From Mobula hypostoma (lineage: Eukaryota): a stretch of DNA of 64,000 bases. The stretch covers positions 244,840,001 through 244,904,000 of the forward strand of contig NC_086097.1 of assembly GCF_963921235.1 (NCBI RefSeq), read 5' to 3'. Shown one piece after another: positions 1-11,304 of this stretch; the stretch's first letter is position 1, and each line of letters begins with the position of its first letter. The notes beneath the pieces are model-generated. The model searched no databases. It saw nothing but the letters and a program-made list of their open reading frames with translations, and was not told where the DNA came from. A program made the position numbers and the translations under genes.

Positions 1-169
1 TAGCCATACTCGGGTTTGCAACATTAATTACTTGTTTAGCAGCACTAAAATGGACTTTGTTCTAGTTGTATTCTTGTAAAAAGCTGTGTATTATTTAGCT
101 TTAATTTTTCTTGTGAATGCTGCTCATAATGGAGTTGAGAGAGAAAATAAATTGGCTATGATAGGGTGG

Positions 170-482
170 CAGTGTTGAGGGATGAGGTATATTCCTACCA
201 AATGGCATGTAAAGTGCTCCTTCTTGCCGCCAGCCTGCGAGGTTTAGCACCTGCTTAGCACACCTCCCCCCCACTTCCTCCCCGGTGCATATCACAAGTC
301 CTGGTTGTGTGACCACTGACACCAGGCAGACGATCTCTGAAGAGTATTGGTAATGGCTGGAGTCACCTGTCTTGTAAAGACGCTGCCCAGAAGATAGTGG
401 CAAACCACTTCTGTAGATAAATTTGACAGTAACAATCATGGTCATGGAAACACCATACGACAGGACACATAATGAATGAACA
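170..482 (+). mobile_element. Short non-autonomous RTE-related element
   Basis: ggcaaaccacttctgtag motif typical of RTE/Bov-A-like 5' regions and (aatg) tail. Confidence 0.45.
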
Positions 483-2337
483 ATGATGGAATAGTGGGGC
501 AAGCTCAATGGGCCCAAATGGCCTCATTCTGCTCCTGGGTCTCATCATCTTTTATGCGGCTGTATGATAGTGATACTGCTGAAAGTATTACAGGATTTCT
601 CTTTCTGCGGGATTTCCTTTGGCATGACTCTCCTCTTAGTTTTGATTGGGAACCTTCTGCAACCACTTGTGGGTTTGGTAATTCTGATCTCAGTTTGGAT
701 CAGCAGTGCACAGACAGAGCACTGCCTGGCACTACAAGAGAAATGTGCTTGACCTTTTAAACATTGTTCATTTAAAACCTTCAGCATTACCTCTGTGAGT
801 GAACACAGACAATGCCCTGAAAAATTTGTTAAATATTCTTTTTGGCACGCACTATTGAGTTGGCAAGTGACTGGCTGAAAAAAAGTGTGAGGATGTATGT
901 TTGCAAAATTGCAAGCAGTTTGTTAGCACATTGATTGTTGACAGACTTACTAACATTTTGGGCCAAGTGCAAGCAAGTTTCTACACTTGAGAAAATGATG
1001 TAGTATTTTAAGCATCTGAAACATTAACTATAAAATTTGGGTGTATTTGCAGGCTGGTTTTTACACTGCTAAATGCCAGTAAAAGAGCAATATAATGTTG
1101 CCCCCTACCTTGCATTGCATGCAGTGTGCTCAGGTAACTAAAGCAATTATAATCAGGTTAATTATCAAGATTCAAGGATGTTTAAAGGCACTTCCAATAC
1201 ATAAGTGTAAAGTAGAACAAAATAACTGTTACTCTGGATTCAATGCAGCATAAAAATTCGCATTAATATAAAGAACACAATAAAAAAAATCACAATAAAT
1301 ATAAATACATAAAATAGCTTGTATACATTGATTGTATGTCCATAAAGTAGTGCTAGGTTGTACGTAGGTGGTAGGCATATGTCGGAAAATTTGCTGTTTT
1401 GTGACAGCACAGCTGTGCAACACACACAAAAAGAACTACAAGTTGCAAATAATGTTCTGCAGATGCAAGAAATCCAGAGTAACAAACACAAAATCCTGGA
1501 GGAACCGCAGGTCAGGCAGCATCTATGGAATTTCAAATATTCCTCGAAAAGAAGAAAATGTGCTTTATTACCATAAAATAACTAAGAGAAAGAGTGAACT
1601 TTATGAGAAATAAAGGCAGGAAGAAGTATTTACTCAAATCTATCTGGCTAGTACAAAACCTCTTTTGATTTGTGGTGTGAATAAGGATTTTGTTTTAAGA
1701 GAAGAAAGAAGAGTACATCTCCTATTCTTGAGGGGAGAAATAGATGGTATTACAGAATAAGGAAGACATACTGGGAGCACTAGCGTGGAATTTGATGATG
1801 TTAATTAGATGGCGAGGGCAAGTGTAGCCATATGTTAATTCTGCATGGCAGGAGAAGCTGGTAAAAGCTGAAAATTAGGAGCAAGAGAGTCCTTTTAGCT
1901 ATGGTAAAGATTGAGAAAGGAAGGAGACATTGGATATACCTTCCTCAGTGGTACTTCTGATGGATCTCCATTTTGCCTCAAGCAGTATTTCCTCTACCAC
2001 AGTTGGCTGGGCTCTCAACCATATCCATTCCATTTTCTGTACTTCTTTTCTCACCGACTTTCCTCAACCTGGCACAAAGACAGCAGTCTGGTGAAAACCA
2101 AAAAAAAATGACTGCAGATATTGGAAATCTTAATTTGAAATAGGAAGTGCTGGAAAGCCTTGGCAGATCAGGCATCCTGAGTAGAAGGAGAAGCAGACTT
2201 GACTCTTCTGTTTGGAGATGCTGCTTTCTTCTCACCTTCTATCCCTTCAGCCTACACATTCAACCATTCCAAGGCAATTCTGTTGTCTTCATGTCCCTTT
2301 TTGTTGTTTTTAAGGGGACATCCTTTTTCCAACGTTC

Positions 2338-4320
2338 CATAGAAACCATAGAAACTACGGCACAGAAACAGGCCTTTTGGCCCTTCTTGGCTGTGCCGAA
2401 CCATTTTCTGCCTAGTCCCACTGACCTGCACACGGACCATATCCCTCCATACACCTCCCATCCATGTATCTGTCCAATTTATTCTTAAATGTTAAAAAAG
2501 AATCCGCATTTACCACCTCATCTGGCAGCTCATTCCATACTCCCACCACTCTCTGTGTGAAGAAGCCCCGCCCAATGTCCCCTTTAAACTTTTCCCCCCT
2601 CACCCTTAACCCATGTCCTCTGGTTTTTTTCTCCCCTTGCCTCAGTGGAAATAGCCTGCTTGCATTCACTCTATCTATACCCATCATAATTTTATATACC
2701 TCTATCAAATCTCCCCTCATTCTTCTACGCTCCAGGGAATAAAGTCCTAACCTATTCAACCTTTCTCTGTAACTGAGTTTCTCAAGTCCTGGCAACATCC
2801 TTGTAAACCTTCTCTGCATTCTTTCAACCATATTTATAACCTTCCTGTAATTTGGTGACCAAAACTGAACACAATACTCCAGATTCGGCCTCACCAATGC
2901 CTTATACAACCTCATCATAACATTCCAGCTCTATACTCAATACTTTGATTAATAAAGGCCAATGTACCAAAAGCTCTCTTTACGACCCTATCTACTTGTG
3001 ACGCCACTTTTAGGGAATTTTGTATTTGTATTCCCAGATCCCCCTGTTCTACTGCATTCCTCAGTGCCTTACCATTAACCCTGTATGTTCTACCTTGGTT
3101 TGTCCTTCCAACGTGCAATACCTCACACTTATCTGTATTAAACTCTATCTGCCATTTTTCAGCCCATTTATCCAGTCCAAGTCCCTCTGCAGGCTCTGAA
3201 AACCTTCCTCACTGTCTACTACATCTCCAATCTTTGTATCATCAGCAAATTTGCTGATCCAATTTACCACATTATCATCCAGATCATTGATATAGATGAC
3301 AAATAACAATGGACCCAGCACTGATCCCTGTGGCACACCACTAGTCACAGGCCTCCACTCAGAGAAGCAATTCTCTACCACCACTCTTTGGCTTCTTCCA
3401 TTGAGCCAATGTCTAATCCAATTTACCACCTCTCCATGTATACCTAGCGACTGAATTTTCCTAACTAACCTCCCATGCGGGACCTTGTCAAAGGCCTTAC
3501 TGAAATCCATGTAGACAATATCCACTGCCTTTCCTTCATCCACTTTCCTGGTAACCTCCTCGAAAAACTCCAATAGATTGGTCAAACATGACCTACCACG
3601 CACAAAGCCATGTTGACTCTCCCTAATAAGTCCCTGTCTATCCAAATGCTTGTAGATTCTGTCTCTTAGTACTCCCTCCAATAACTTACCTACTACCGAC
3701 GTTAAACTCACCGGCCTATAATTTCCCGGATTACTTTTCGATCCTTTTTTAAACAACGGAACAACATGAGCCACCCTCCAATTCTCCGGCACCTCACCCG
3801 TAGACAGCGACATTTTAAATATTTCTGCCAGGGCCTCCGCAATTTCAACACTAGTCTCCTTCAAGGTCTGAGGGAACACTCTGTCAGGTCCCGGGGATTT
3901 ATCCACTTTAATTTTCCTCAAGACAGCAAGCACCTCCTCCTTTTCAATCTGTACAGTTTTCATGGTCTCACTACTTGATTCCCTCAATTCCATAGACTTC
4001 ATGCCAGTTTCCTTAGTAAATACAGAGGCAAAAAACCTATTTAATATCTCCCCCATTTCCTTTGGTTCCGCACATAGCCGACCACTCTGATCTTCAAGAG
4101 GACCAATTTTATCCCTTACAATCCTTTTGCTCTTAATGTACCTGTAAAAGCTGTTTGGATTATCCTTCACTTTGACTGCCAAGGCAACCTCATGTCTTCT
4201 TTTAGCCCTCCTGATTACTTTCTTAAGTATTTTCTTGCACTTCTTATACTCCTCAAGCACCTGATTTACTCCCTGTTTCCTATACATTTCATACAACTCC
4301 CTCTTCTTCTTTATCTTCTT
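2338..4320 (-). mobile_element. CR1 LINE, 5'-truncated, young
   Basis: ORFs 3145..4344, 2915..3118, 2412..2918 give KSPGPD, NYRPVSLTS, QHGF, YMDFSKAFD, GVPQGSVLGP, FADD, LEYCVQFWSP; (catagaaac) tandem 3' tail at ~2338. Confidence 0.95.
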
Positions 4321-5496
4321 TATTCCATTTAACTCTTCCTCCATTATCGATACTCATGCCTTTCTCACAGAACATCTCCACGCAGGGCCTACAGTACTTT
4401 CCTTTTACTTCCTCACTCTCTGTTAGTCCAGGGATTCAAACACAGCAATATGCTTGTACTACTTCCAATTTAGATTTCTGTTTTCAGTGTTTATTATGTG
4501 CTCTCCTGTGTATTGGGCAAACTAAATGTAGATTGGGTGACCTCTTTGCGGTGCACCTCCATTCAGTCTGCAAGGCTGATCCCAAGCTTTCAGTCGTCTA
4601 TCTATTCAATTCTCCATCCTGTTAGGAAACACTTCTTCCCAGAAAAAAAAACTGCCATCTCAGTTCTTCATTTGTATTCTGCAATTTATGAATTCTGCCA
4701 GACAAGAATGTAAAAGTATGCATGTATTTTCAAATTATAGAGTCATTTTAGAGTCATAGAAAAGTACAGCACAGAAACGAGCCCCTCAGCCTATTTGAGC
4801 AATACAATAGACAATAGGTGCAGGAGTAGGCCATTCAGCCCTTCGAGCCAGCACCGCCATTCACTGTGATCATGGCTGATCATCCACAATCAGTACCCTG
4901 TTCCTGCCTTATCCCCATATCCCTTGACTCCACTATCTTTAAGAGCTCTATCTAACTCTTTCTTGAAAGCATCCAGAGAATTGGCCTCCACTGCCTTCTG
5001 AAGCAGAGCATTCCTCAGATCCACAACTCTCTGGGTGAAAAAGTTTTTCCTCAACTCCGTTCTAAATGGTCTGCCCCTTATTCTTAAACTGTGGCCTCTG
5101 GTTCTGGACTCCCCCAACGTCGGGAACATGTTTTCTGCCTCGAGCGTGTCCAATCCCTTAATAATCTTCTATGTTTCAATCAGATCCCCTCTCATCCTTC
5201 TAAATTCCAGTATATACAAGCCCCTTTGCTCCAATCTTTCAACATATGACATTCCCGCCATCCCTGGAATTAACCCAGTGAACCTACGCTACACTCCCTC
5301 CATAGCAAGAATGTCCTTCCTCAAATTTGGAGACCAAAACTGCACACGATACTCCAAGTGGGGTCTCACCAGGGCCTTGTACAACTGCAGAAGGACCTCT
5401 TTGCTCCTATACGCAACTCCCCTTGTTATGAAGGCCAACATGCCATTAGCTTTCTTCACTGCTTGCTGTACCTGTATGCTTACTTTCAGTGACTGA

Positions 5497-6340
5497 TGTT
5501 ACGTACCCCGTAACTGGGTTGCCAAACCAGCAGAAATGGGTCACTCAGTTGGAGTCTGGAGTACTAGAACTAAGAAAGTTTTATTAAAGAAACAAGCAAC
5601 ACAGTAATCGAAAGGATAATAAATGCAACAGTTCAGCGATGATAAACACACATGTGCACAGAATTAAGATAACAGCATCAATCAAGCTCTATCGTTGTCT
5701 AGGGGTAAATGACCAAATTTCAAAGTGACTCAAAGTTCAGTTCGCAGTAATCGTTGCCATGGCGATGGACAACGTTGGGGGAAGAGAGAGATAGAACAGG
5801 AACAACTGATCATTCAGAACGGCTTCACTCACAGACCGGCGAGATTGCTCACAAGCAACTTTTGGGCGGGTCCTTGGTGATGTCACCTGAGGTCACCGAC
5901 TGTGACCCCTCCTCCAGATGCGGTCGATCCTCTGCAGTGAACCCGGCACCCAGGCAAGGGCAGACACACACCGGATTCCCGCTGATCGTACCTTTCCACC
6001 CTGGTCGTTGTCTGATACTTCTCACCCACTCGTGAGAGGCGCACTGCTTCCAGGGTCTCGTTACCTCGGGTGGCGTGTGTCCTACCTTAGCGAACCTGTC
6101 CCTTTTTATCCCCCTGCTGGGGCATCGCCTGTCCATCACTTCAAACAGTTCAGGGTTCAAAGGGGGAGCCGCTCCAGACAGCTCTCTTTCTCCCACGTCC
6201 CTTCATTACACATCTCCAGACGCTGCTCCATTGTTCCTTATCTCTCCTTCCCCTGAGGGCAGGTGGCAGACCACTTGCTGATGTCACTGATGCTAACCCA
6301 GGCCAGCAAACATCTTAATTTTATGTGTATTCTCGTCACA
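5497..6340 (-). repeat. 3' LTR (844 bp)
   Basis: Direct repeat of 9499-10342; about 7 mismatches counted by eye, all transitions; adjacent to polypurine tract AAAGGGGGGAAG on the minus strand. Confidence 0.96.
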
Positions 6341-6513
6341 CTTCCCCCCTTTAAGGATTTTTACCGGGAGGTAAAAATTACAAACATGAATACATTATTT
6401 GATACATACACAAATATACATCTTTATTAGCTATTTGGCTAACACAGCGAGTTTGAAGCTGTCAACACCTTGACAGACAGTCATCACATTTTCTGTTCCT
6501 TTTACACGTGTTA

Positions 6514-9399
6514 TTAATAATCCCTTAGACCAGGGTCCAACTCAGCAAACTTCATAATGGCCAATAACACTGATGAATTGCGACCAATGTAACCTCTCAT
6601 TTGGTTTTGTCCCGGACCACAATAACAAGGGTCGTCCCATTCCGACTCAGTTTTCTCTCGCAAGGGCTTAGTAGGAGGGGGACGGGTATTGACCGCAGAG
6701 TTATTGCAAAACTTCCTGCAGTACCCCACCATCTCCAAGAGCCTTCTGAGGGCCCTCTTGTCTGTCGGGGTTGGGAGGTCAGCGATAGCCTGCACTGTAG
6801 CTTGCATCGCTGCCAGCTGCCCCTGTGTCACCACAATTCCCAGGTAAGTGACCCTCGTGTGGCCGAATTCATTTTTTTCAAGGTTCACTATCAAGCTGGC
6901 TTCAGACAGCCGTATTAAATTGCCAATACACACCTCTGTGTTCATCAGCCCTTTAGTCACTGAATTACTCATTAAATATGGGTGTTGTTTACTTGGCTGC
7001 CCTATTGTAACCACAATCACCGAACGTCCCAGTTCTTTGCATTTCCTCGGGACAATCAAACACATGGATGCGAGTCGTTTAATTACTCCTTCTAAAGATT
7101 CGCTATGTTCGGGGATTAAGGGAGAGACCTTATCAGTAGACCTGGCCAAAACAATAGCCTTCTCCCATCTGATCGATCCCATACTAATCTTTTCAAAATG
7201 TTTTTTTCCTCTTATCAGGGGGCCCCTAGCTTCATTGATTTCCACGCTAACACCGACTAGGTTTGTTAGCATATCAAAAGCCGGTGACCGTCTCAGTTCG
7301 CGTCGGTCATGATCAATAACATTTTTCCCCCTGGGCAGCCGGTAAATCTCTTTCATGATTCCACCAACTGTTTCCTCCAGCACCGCAAAATGTCCACCGG
7401 GGGGTACCTCGTGGGCCATGTTAAAAACCTCATCCCCATAACTCTTTTGCACCACCCCCCACTCCTCATCTGCGGATACTGTACTTGATTTCCCTTTCTT
7501 CCTTAGCACCTCCTCCTCCGCACAATAGCTTGTCAAGGCTGTGTCAGAGAGAGCGGTCTCTGCCAAAACCATCAGCCCCTCGTCTCGCTCCTGCGTCTGC
7601 ACAAATTCTTTCCTGGCTACTGCTACGTCTGTCCCAGCTCCCTCACTACCTCTTATCTCACTACACCCTGTCTCATACAAGGTTGGCGGAAATGTTTCAG
7701 CCAAATTCACCATCGCGGGCCCGCGATGAACCTGTGAGTCCATGGGTGGGGCCTCAATGCTGGCAGGCTGACCTGTCAATCTCACGACTGGGAACACGAT
7801 TCCTCCAGCGATGTCATTACCGAGCAAGACTTCCACGTCTTTCATCGGTAATTCGGACCTCACCCCGATCGTGACTAGTCCAGAGACCAGGTTGCTCTGT
7901 AAGTGTATCTGGTGCAAAGGGACTGACTCTGTCCCTTCCCCAACACCTTTGACCTCTACCTCCCCAGTCTGGGTCTCTGAGCTAAACTCTAATACACTCT
8001 TCAGTATTAGTGACTGACACGCTCCCGTGTCTCTCCAGATCCGCACTGGAACTGGTTTTAACCTCTCCTTCACTGACACCAATCCGGCCGAGATAAACCT
8101 CTCGCGCCCTTCCTGGACTTTTTCAGACCTGTCCTTCCCTAGCGGTTCGCTTAACAGCTCGATACAGCCATTCAAAATTTCCGCTTTTCCTTTCCCCATC
8201 TCCTTCCTTGGGGCAAAGCACCTGGACGCAAAGTGTCCGACTTTCCCACAATTATAACAGACGACCCCAGGAGACTTCCTACCAGACTGCTCCCGGTCTA
8301 CTTTATCCTTTTCACTAGTCCCCGGCTTACTTTCTGACTTTTCCGGCGGACTCTCCCCGCCGTCCTGACTACCCTTCTGGTAGCCTTTACTCGGGGCAAA
8401 CTTCATTTTATGCGTCAACGCGTACTCATCCGCTAACTTAGCAGTTGCGGCTAACATGGCTGCCTCTTTCTCATCGAGGTAGGGTCTCATACCCTCAGGG
8501 ACACAACCTTTAAACTGCTCAATCAGGATCAGTTGTAGCAGTCTGTCATAATCCCCCTCTACCCCCTTCGAGGTGCACCAACGCTCACAATATGTTTGCA
8601 TCTCACGGGCAAACTCCAAATACGTGCGGTCCCACTGCTTCCTCGCATTCCGGAACCTCTGCCGGTATGCCTCCGGGACCAACTCATAAATCCTGAGGAT
8701 GGCCTCTTTCACCACCTCATACCTCTGGGCATCTTCCGCGGACAAAGCTGAGTAAGCTTCTTGGGCCTTCCCTTTCAGTACACTCTGAAGTAAAACAACC
8801 CACTTATCCCTCGGCCAGTCCTGACTTATAGCCACTTTTTCGAAGTGGAGGAAGTACCGATCCACGTCGGTATCGTCAAATGGGGGAACCAGCCTAACCT
8901 CCTGGGTCGCCCGGAACCCTCCACCTTGGTTCGGCACGAGCCCCTGCTCAGCCCTTACCTTTAACTTCTCCAGCTCAAATTCCCTTTCCCTCTGTTTCTC
9001 CTCTCTCTCCAACTGTCTGTCCCTCTCTCTCTCTTCTCTCTCCAACTGTCTTTCTCTCTCTTGCCTTTCTACCTCTTTCTCTCTCTCCCGCCTTTCTAAC
9101 TGCTTCTCTTCGTGTTCTAACTGCCATACCCGGAACTCGTGCTCGAGTCTCAGTTTTTCAAACTGTACCTGTACTGCGTCTCCAGCAGGTTTTTCAACAG
9201 ACACCACCCCCAGCTCACCTTGGGGAAACACACCTTTAGATACATAGTGCTCTACAATAGCTCTGTGTATCTCCTCTCTCCTCATTGTCGACTTCACCTT
9301 AGCAAGATTCAACCGTTTGGCCACAGCTATCAATTCCGATTTCCTGGCATCCTCTAATGCCTCCAAGGTCGGCGCCTTTATAAATTCCTCAACCTCCAT
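6514..9399 (-). CDS. Gag (coiled coil, SCAN/capsid-like domain, CCHC knuckle)-aspartic protease fused to remnants of integrase and RT
   Basis: 961-aa ORF: EAYRQRFR...LILIEQF SCAN-like segment; CYNCGKVGHFASRC (~8217-8260); RDTGA protease (~8021-8035); AHEVPPGGH integrase zinc-finger remnant (~7389-7417); VTYLG and LPTPTDKRALRRLLEMVGYCRKF RT C-terminal remnants; no YxDD or DDE core seen. Confidence 0.88.
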   Translation of the reverse strand: MEVEEFIKAPTLEALEDARKSELIAVAKRLNLAKVKSTMRREEIHRAIVEHYVSKGVFPQGELGVVSVEKPAGDAVQVQFEKLRLEHEFRVWQLEHEEKQLERREREKEVERQERERQLEREERERDRQLEREEKQREREFELEKLKVRAEQGLVPNQGGGFRATQEVRLVPPFDDTDVDRYFLHFEKVAISQDWPRDKWVVLLQSVLKGKAQEAYSALSAEDAQRYEVVKEAILRIYELVPEAYRQRFRNARKQWDRTYLEFAREMQTYCERWCTSKGVEGDYDRLLQLILIEQFKGCVPEGMRPYLDEKEAAMLAATAKLADEYALTHKMKFAPSKGYQKGSQDGGESPPEKSESKPGTSEKDKVDREQSGRKSPGVVCYNCGKVGHFASRCFAPRKEMGKGKAEILNGCIELLSEPLGKDRSEKVQEGRERFISAGLVSVKERLKPVPVRIWRDTGACQSLILKSVLEFSSETQTGEVEVKGVGEGTESVPLHQIHLQSNLVSGLVTIGVRSELPMKDVEVLLGNDIAGGIVFPVVRLTGQPASIEAPPMDSQVHRGPAMVNLAETFPPTLYETGCSEIRGSEGAGTDVAVARKEFVQTQERDEGLMVLAETALSDTALTSYCAEEEVLRKKGKSSTVSADEEWGVVQKSYGDEVFNMAHEVPPGGHFAVLEETVGGIMKEIYRLPRGKNVIDHDRRELRRSPAFDMLTNLVGVSVEINEARGPLIRGKKHFEKISMGSIRWEKAIVLARSTDKVSPLIPEHSESLEGVIKRLASMCLIVPRKCKELGRSVIVVTIGQPSKQHPYLMSNSVTKGLMNTEVCIGNLIRLSEASLIVNLEKNEFGHTRVTYLGIVVTQGQLAAMQATVQAIADLPTPTDKRALRRLLEMVGYCRKFCNNSAVNTRPPPTKPLREKTESEWDDPCYCGPGQNQMRGYIGRNSSVLLAIMKFAELDPGLRDY

Positions 9400-9468
9400 T
9401 TCTGCTGTTTGTCTTTTCTTTCTTTCGGGAATTTTAACCCAATCAATTTACTCCGTCCCAAATTTAGC

Positions 9469-9494
9469 GTTCAAAATCGCGGACGAGAACCCCA
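9469..9494 (-). promoter_or_regulatory. Primer-binding site complementary to tRNA-Pro 3' end
   Basis: Plus strand reads gttcaaaatcgcggacgagaacccca, close to the tRNA-Pro 3' end GTTCAAATCCCGGACGAGCCCCCA, 4 nt inside the 5' LTR boundary. Confidence 0.75.
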
Positions 9495-9498
9495 CTTA

Positions 9499-10342
9499 TG
9501 TTACGTACCCCGTAACTGGGTTGCCAAACCAGCAGAAATGGATCACTCAGTTGGAGTCTGGAGTACTAGAACTAAGAAAGTTTTATTAAAGAAACAAGCA
9601 ACACAGTAATCGAAAGGATAATAAATGCAACAGTTCAGCGATGATAAACATACATGTGCACAGAATTAAGATAACAGCATCAATCAAGCTCTATCGTTGT
9701 CTAGGGGTAAATGACCAAGTTTCAAAGTGACTCAAAGTTCAGTTCGCAGTAATCGTTGCCATGGCGATGGACAACGTTGGGGGAAGAGAGAGATAGAACA
9801 GGAACAACTGATCATTCAGAACGGCTTCACTCACAGACCGGCGAGATTGCTCACAAGCAACTTTTGGGCGGGTCCTTGGTGATGTCACCTGAGGTCACCG
9901 ACTGTGACCCCTCCTCCAGATGCGGTCGATCCTCTGCAGTGAACCCGGCACCCAGGCAAGGGCAGACACACACCGGATTCCCGCTGATTGTACCTTTCCA
10001 CCCTGGTCGTTGTCTGGTACTTCTCACCCACTCGTGAGAGGCGCACTGCTTCCAGGGTCTCGTTACCTCGGGTGGCGTGTGTCCTGCCTTAGCGAACCTG
10101 TCCCTTTTTATCCCCCTGCTGGGGCATCGCCTGTCCACCACTTCAAACAGTTCAGGGTTCAAAGGGGGAGCCGCTCCAGACAGCTCTCTTTCTCCCACGT
10201 CCCTTCATTACACATCTCCAGACGCTGCTCCATTGTTCCTTATCTCTCCTTCCCCTGAGGGCAGGTGGCAGACCACTTGCTGATGTCACTGATGCTAACC
10301 CAGGCCAGCAAACATCTTAATTTTATGTGTATTCTCGTCACA
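9499..10342 (-). repeat. 5' LTR (844 bp)
   Basis: Direct repeat of 5497-6340; followed on the minus strand by the PBS. Confidence 0.96.
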
Positions 10343-11304
10343 CTGATGAACAAGGACACCTAGATCTCGTTGTACTTCCCCTTTTCCTAACTTGACACCA
10401 TTCAGATAGTAATCTGCCTTCCTGTTCTTGCCACCAAAGTGGATAACCTCACATTTATCCACATTAAACTGCATCTGCCATGCATCTGCCCACTCACCCA
10501 ACCCATCCAAGTCACCTTGTATTCTCATAACATCCTCCTCACATTTCACACTGTCACCCAGCTTTGTGTCAGCTGTAAATTTGCTAATGTTACTTTTAAT
10601 CCCTTCATCTAAATCATTAATGTATATTGTAAATAGCTGCGGTCCCAGCACCGAGCCTTGCGGTACCCCACTAGTCACTGCCTGCCATTCTGAAAGGGAC
10701 TCATTAATCCTTACTCTTTGTTTCCTGTCTGCCAACCAATTTTCTGTCCATGTCAGTACCCTACCCCCAATACCATGTGCTCTAATTTTGCCCACTAACC
10801 TCCTATGTGGGACCTTATCAAAGGCTTTCTGGAAGTCCAGGTACACTACATCCACTGGCTTTCCCATGTCCATTTTCATAGTTGCATCCTCAAAAAAATT
10901 CCAGAAGGTTAGCTAAGCATGATTTCCCCTTCGTAAATCCATGCTGACTCGGACCTATCCTGCTATTGCTATCCAAATATACTGCTATTTCATCTTTTAT
11001 AATTGACTCCAGCATCTTTCCCACCACTGATGTCAGACTAACTGGTCTATAATTTCCTGTTTTCTATCTCCCTCCTTTCTTAAAAAGTGGGATAACATTG
11101 GCTCCCCTCCAATCCGCAGGAACTGATCCTGAATCTATAGAACATTGGAAAATGATTACCAATGCATCAACGATTTCTAGAGCCACCTCCTTAAGTACCC
11201 TGGGATGCAGACCATCAGGCCCTGGGGATTTATCAGCCTTCAGTCCCAACAGTTTACCAAACACCATTTTCCACCTAATGTGAATTTCCTTCAGTTCCTC
11301 CGTT

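Larger units (their letters stand above)
5497..10342 (-). mobile_element. Gypsy/Gmr1-like LTR retrotransposon, young, internally deleted (non-autonomous)
   Basis: Two 844-bp TG...CA LTRs (5497-6340, 9499-10342), 4-bp TSD CTGA (5493-5496, 10343-10346), PPT 6341-6352, tRNA-Pro-like PBS 9469-9494, one 961-aa ORF. Confidence 0.95.
4803..11304 (-). mobile_element. CR1 LINE, 5'-truncated, split by the LTR element
   Basis: RT pieces 10343-11304 (YLDFQKAFD, GVPQGSVLGP, KSPGPD) rejoin 4803-5496 seamlessly across the CTGA TSD; (caatagac)-type tail at ~4803. Confidence 0.92.

Noticed and set aside
1053..1133. Possible exon (ttgcag ... caggtaac)
   Set aside because: Stops in all three frames and no CLASP similarity; the preceding CLASP exon appears to lie upstream of the window.
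8985..9125. CT-rich tandem repeats
   Set aside because: They encode the QLERE coiled-coil repeats of Gag on the minus strand, not an independent array or CRISPR.
5754..10283. Duplicated 93-115-aa ORFs at 5754-6281 and 9756-10283
   Set aside because: They lie inside the two LTRs; the duplication reflects LTR identity and there is no recognisable protein motif.
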